Below are positions 29,690-33,249 of a DNA stretch of 33,249 nucleotides, in pieces (position 1 is the stretch's first letter; each line of letters begins with the position of its first letter). Both the position numbers and the translations under genes were made by a program. The stretch is taken from NCBI GenBank assembly GCA_947458575.1, contig CANHBE010000001.1, positions 1-33,249 on the forward strand, read 5' to 3'. The notes under the pieces were generated by a model. That model saw only the letters and a program-made list of their open reading frames with translations, was not told where the DNA came from and searched no databases. The DNA comes from Flavobacteriaceae bacterium (lineage in GTDB: Bacteria; Bacteroidota; Bacteroidia; Flavobacteriales; Flavobacteriaceae).

Positions 29690-31183
29690 TTACTCTTTCG
29701 GATTGTTGAGGTTACTGTTTCGTTTGCCGTAAACAAAATAAATCACCAGTCCAAGACCAAGCCAAAGTACTAATCTAAGCCAGTTCGTCCAACCTAAACC
29801 GTATATCATGGCTAAGCAAACTAGTATTCCCAATATTGGCACGACTGGCACAAAAGGCGTTTTGAATTCGCGTTTCATATCTGGTTCTCTTTTTCTCAAT
29901 ACTATAACAGAAAAACAAACTAAAATGAAGGCAAATAAAGTTCCGATACTAGTCATATCGCCAACAATATCTCCCGGAACAAATGCCGCGAACAGACCTA
30001 CAATAAGAAGGATAACTAAATTGGCTTTGTAAGGTGTTTTATATTTCGGGTGCAGATCTCCGAAGGCTTTTGGCAAGAGACCGTCTTTTCCCATTGCATA
30101 AAAAACTCTTGATTGACCCAACAACATCACCAATATTACAGAAGAAAATCCTGCTAGAATAGCAATTGTAACAAATTGAGCTAACCACTCATAACCAACC
30201 ATATATTTACTAATTGCAAAAGCAACAGAAGCTTCTTTACCACCGGTTCTAAAGTCTTCGACAGTTGCCACACCAGTCAAAACGTGGGCAAAAAGTATAT
30301 ATAGAATCGTACAGACCGCTAAGGAGCCTAGAATTCCTATTGGCATATCGCGCTTTGGGTTTTTTGTTTCTTGCGCAGCCGTACTTACTGCATCAAAACC
30401 AATAAAAGCGAAAAAAACCGTTCCTGCCGCACCTAAAATTCCAACAATGCCACCGTAATGATGTCCGATACCTTGGTCGTCGAAATATGTTCCGTTCTCA
30501 GGAATGTACGGTGTATGATTTAAAGGGTTGATGAAATTCCATCCTATCACAATTATCAAAACGACAATTGTGACTTTAACCACTACAATTAACCCGTTGA
30601 CAAACGCGGATTCTTGAGTTCCTTTGATCAACAATAGGCTAATAATCGCAACGATGAAAAGTGCTGGCAAGTTGATGATTCCTTGTTGTAAAACTTCCTG
30701 CGTATTTGGATCTACAATTTTTTGAAATGGTGAATGACAGAGAGAATAGGGAATTGGATTTACATGCATGACATTGACCAGCAAATTATTGAGATACTCA
30801 CTCCACGCTATTCCTACAGTGGCGGCACCGACAGCATATTCCAAAATCAAATCCCAACCAATAATCCATGCCAATAATTCTCCCATCGTTGCGTAAGTAT
30901 AGGTATAAGCGCTTCCTGAGATTGGAATCGAGGAAGAAAGCTCTGCATAGCACAATCCCGCCAAAGCACATCCTACTGCAGCAACAATAAAACCAATTGT
31001 CACTGAGGGACCTGCGTTTTGAGCGGCAGCAGTTGCGGTTCTAACAAAAAGGCCAGCGCCAATAATTGCTCCAATTCCCAAGGCAACTAATGACCAAGCC
31101 GTCAATGTTCTTTTCAATCCTTTTTCTGACTCAGCGGCTTCGCTCATCAATAGTGCTAAAGATTTTTTCTTCCAAATAGACAT
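29690..31183 (-). CDS. APC-superfamily amino acid permease (CAT-like)
   Basis: GIGAIIGAG, CYAEL, SGSAY, FFAFIGFDAV; about 12 hydrophobic segments. Confidence 0.93.
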   Translation of the reverse strand: MSIWKKKSLALLMSEAAESEKGLKRTLTAWSLVALGIGAIIGAGLFVRTATAAAQNAGPSVTIGFIVAAVGCALAGLCYAELSSSIPISGSAYTYTYATMGELLAWIIGWDLILEYAVGAATVGIAWSEYLNNLLVNVMHVNPIPYSLCHSPFQKIVDPNTQEVLQQGIINLPALFIVAIISLLLIKGTQESAFVNGLIVVVKVTIVVLIIVIGWNFINPLNHTPYIPENGTYFDDQGIGHHYGGIVGILGAAGTVFFAFIGFDAVSTAAQETKNPKRDMPIGILGSLAVCTILYILFAHVLTGVATVEDFRTGGKEASVAFAISKYMVGYEWLAQFVTIAILAGFSSVILVMLLGQSRVFYAMGKDGLLPKAFGDLHPKYKTPYKANLVILLIVGLFAAFVPGDIVGDMTSIGTLFAFILVCFSVIVLRKREPDMKREFKTPFVPVVPILGILVCLAMIYGLGWTNWLRLVLWLGLGLVIYFVYGKRNSNLNNPKE

Positions 31184-31245
31184 AATAACTACGTTTTATT
31201 GTTGGTTTAATTTGAATTCTTTGACTTCACAAATAGGTCACGTGT

Positions 31246-31253
31246 CAAATATA
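31246..31253 (-). promoter_or_regulatory. -7 promoter element of the permease gene
   Basis: TATATTTG about 60 nt upstream of the ATG; -33 spacing is not canonical. Confidence 0.5.
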
Positions 31254-31301
31254 TTATTTTTTCAATAACATCAGACACAAATTTTTTAGTTGACGTAATG
31301 A

Positions 31302-33249
31302 TTAAAACCAGAACCCCACGCTAAACCAAGCGAATGTCCTCTTGGTTTCTGGAGACCATGAATATTTAAACTCTATTGGACCCAGCAAAGACTCAAGGCC
31401 GTACCCGACAGCATATCCTGTATAGCTGATTCTATTAATCCAATCGGCAGTTTCAAAAAGATTGTTTTTGATATTGGCAAAATTTCCAGAAAGATTGATG
31501 TGGTTTTTCTTGTAGAACTCGTAATCCAATGTAACATCACTTTTGATGTAACTATCACCCGACAAACTCAAGAAATCATACCCATAAAATGGTCTGAAAT
31601 TATTGATTGTTGTAAAGCCATAACCTCCCAATACAAAATCAAAAAAATGTACGCTTTCGTTTCCGAATGCAAGTCCCATTTCCGACTGTACTTTCAGAGT
31701 TGTTTTTGGTCTGATCGTTGTAGCAAGACCAATTTCTCCTTTGGCTATCGAAAATTTATTGAACTGATTGGTGTAATCTGATGATATTAGATAAGACTGA
31801 ATATCTCCAAAAAAATACCATCCTTTTTTCGGAAAAAACTTGTTGTCTAAATCGTCGTATTTTATATAGGCGAAAGCACTCGAATAATTACTTTTCTCAA
31901 ATTCAGAATTGATTGCATTGAGTGTTGCCGAGCTGATATCCAAATGCCGGAATTCCAGTCCACCACCGATAAGAAATTTTTGGATAAAAATAGTTTGCAC
32001 ATAAAATTGATTCATAAACTCGATGTAATCAATATTGAGACTTCTGATTCCTAATCTTTGAAGCGTTTCCCCGTCATTAAAGTCTGTTTCAACATTTCTG
32101 TTAAATCTATTATACCGTGATTTGAAACCAAAGCTCCAGTAAAAACCGTTGTCAACATAATAATCGAGGTTAAATCTGAGGTTGTCTCCAACTATAAGAT
32201 CAAATGAAGTGATATCATTTCTAAATATGCTGTTTTTTTTTGTAACGTTAATCAAAGCTCCTGTTTTGAACAAATCGTCGTAATGCAGAGCAAACTTTAA
32301 GAAGGTCTTAGTAGGGTTTTCTGTCAATTCTACAATTAGATTATCTTTTTTATTATTCTTTTCAATTTGGTAACTGATTGTGCTAAAGTTCTGCGTTGAA
32401 GCCAAATTATCAAATCCAATTTTCAGGTCATCATAACTATACGTTCCAAGCTGCTTCATTCGTAGTTTACCTAAAACATAAGCCCGAGTATATTTTTTTA
32501 GCGGATTTATTTTGATTCCATCTATATCAAGATTGCACGGAGGAAGTTGCCCTGTGATTGGTTTATTAGCTTGCGAGGAGTCACCTAATTTTCTCAGTGC
32601 TTCATATTGCGCAAAAGCGGCTTCTTCTCCTTTTTTGATGATTTCTTTACCGTCATCAAAAGAAATGACTCCAAAATCCTTGATGTCAGGCTTGATGTAT
32701 ATATCTGTGAGGGCGACTTTTTCTTTCATCTTCTCAATCATTTGCAAATTGGTTATTTGCACTAGTATTCGTGTTGCCTCTTTCAGTGCTTTTCGATTCT
32801 TGAGATCATCTTGCACATCCACTCCAATGACAATATCTGCGCCCATTTTTTTAATTTCCTCGACCGGGAAGTTATTCGAAACGCCGCCATCTACCAATAA
32901 TTTTCCTTCAATTTCTACCGGTGCAAACAAGGTTGGAAAAGCACCACTTGCCAATAACGCTTTTGCCAAATACCCATTTTGCAACAAAACTTCATCTCCT
33001 GTCTCAATATCAGTAGCAATACACAGAAATGGGATTGGCAACTGATTGAAATTGCGAATATGTCTGACGTTGTACGTTAGCTTGTTGAGCAGGTTATAAT
33101 TGTAAAGTCCTTTTGACAATGACGTCGGAACTCCAACTTTTAGTTTCTCAAATGGCAATGTAAACGCGTACATTTCATCATTCCGCTTTTCGTAGAAATT
33201 CTTTGAGGACCTCGGAATATAATCACTCAACAAATCATCAAAATCCGTA
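31302..33249 (-). CDS. Patatin-like phospholipase fused to POTRA-like and Omp85-like beta-barrel domains (PlpD-like); 5'-truncated
   Basis: Frame is open to the window edge. ATDIETG, ASGAFP and LVDGG patatin motifs; amphipathic beta-strands ending in GFWF. Confidence 0.85.
   Translation of the reverse strand, partial: TDFDDLLSDYIPRSSKNFYEKRNDEMYAFTLPFEKLKVGVPTSLSKGLYNYNLLNKLTYNVRHIRNFNQLPIPFLCIATDIETGDEVLLQNGYLAKALLASGAFPTLFAPVEIEGKLLVDGGVSNNFPVEEIKKMGADIVIGVDVQDDLKNRKALKEATRILVQITNLQMIEKMKEKVALTDIYIKPDIKDFGVISFDDGKEIIKKGEEAAFAQYEALRKLGDSSQANKPITGQLPPCNLDIDGIKINPLKKYTRAYVLGKLRMKQLGTYSYDDLKIGFDNLASTQNFSTISYQIEKNNKKDNLIVELTENPTKTFLKFALHYDDLFKTGALINVTKKNSIFRNDITSFDLIVGDNLRFNLDYYVDNGFYWSFGFKSRYNRFNRNVETDFNDGETLQRLGIRSLNIDYIEFMNQFYVQTIFIQKFLIGGGLEFRHLDISSATLNAINSEFEKSNYSSAFAYIKYDDLDNKFFPKKGWYFFGDIQSYLISSDYTNQFNKFSIAKGEIGLATTIRPKTTLKVQSEMGLAFGNESVHFFDFVLGGYGFTTINNFRPFYGYDFLSLSGDSYIKSDVTLDYEFYKKNHINLSGNFANIKNNLFETADWINRISYTGYAVGYGLESLLGPIEFKYSWSPETKRTFAWFSVGFWF

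Noticed and set aside
32512-33045. 177-aa plus-strand ORF, and the other short ORFs nested in genes
   Set aside because: They overlap well-supported genes and have no recognisable motifs.

Overview
AT-rich core-chromosome segment typical of Flavobacteriaceae (Bacteroidota), judged from the TTTG-N19-21-TAnnTTTG promoters, A-rich translation starts without Shine-Dalgarno sites, and an IPExxxVDY-family gene. It holds 27 CDSs. In order: partial alpha/beta hydrolase, addB-like, OmpA with TSP3 repeats, kbl, addA-like, sodA, purF, PfkB kinase, rnhA, purN, acpP-fabF-rnc, IPExxxVDY-pyk, dinB, CYTH, RlpA-like, a 4-TM membrane protein, pgi, M23 peptidase, TDO-like, DUF3108, hppD, hmgA, an APC permease and a partial PlpD-like patatin. 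I saw no transposase, integrase, CRISPR, tRNA or rRNA. The unexplained signal is non-coding. Two tandem ~76-nt paralogous small-RNA units lie between sodA and purF, each with its own promoter element, 5' hairpin and GNRA-capped terminator. A third ~110-nt promoter-to-terminator unit between hppD and DUF3108 shares a 12-nt motif with them. There is also a Flavo-1-like element, and the leaders of fabF-rnc, hmgA and hppD look structured. All calls come from manual reading; no searches were run.
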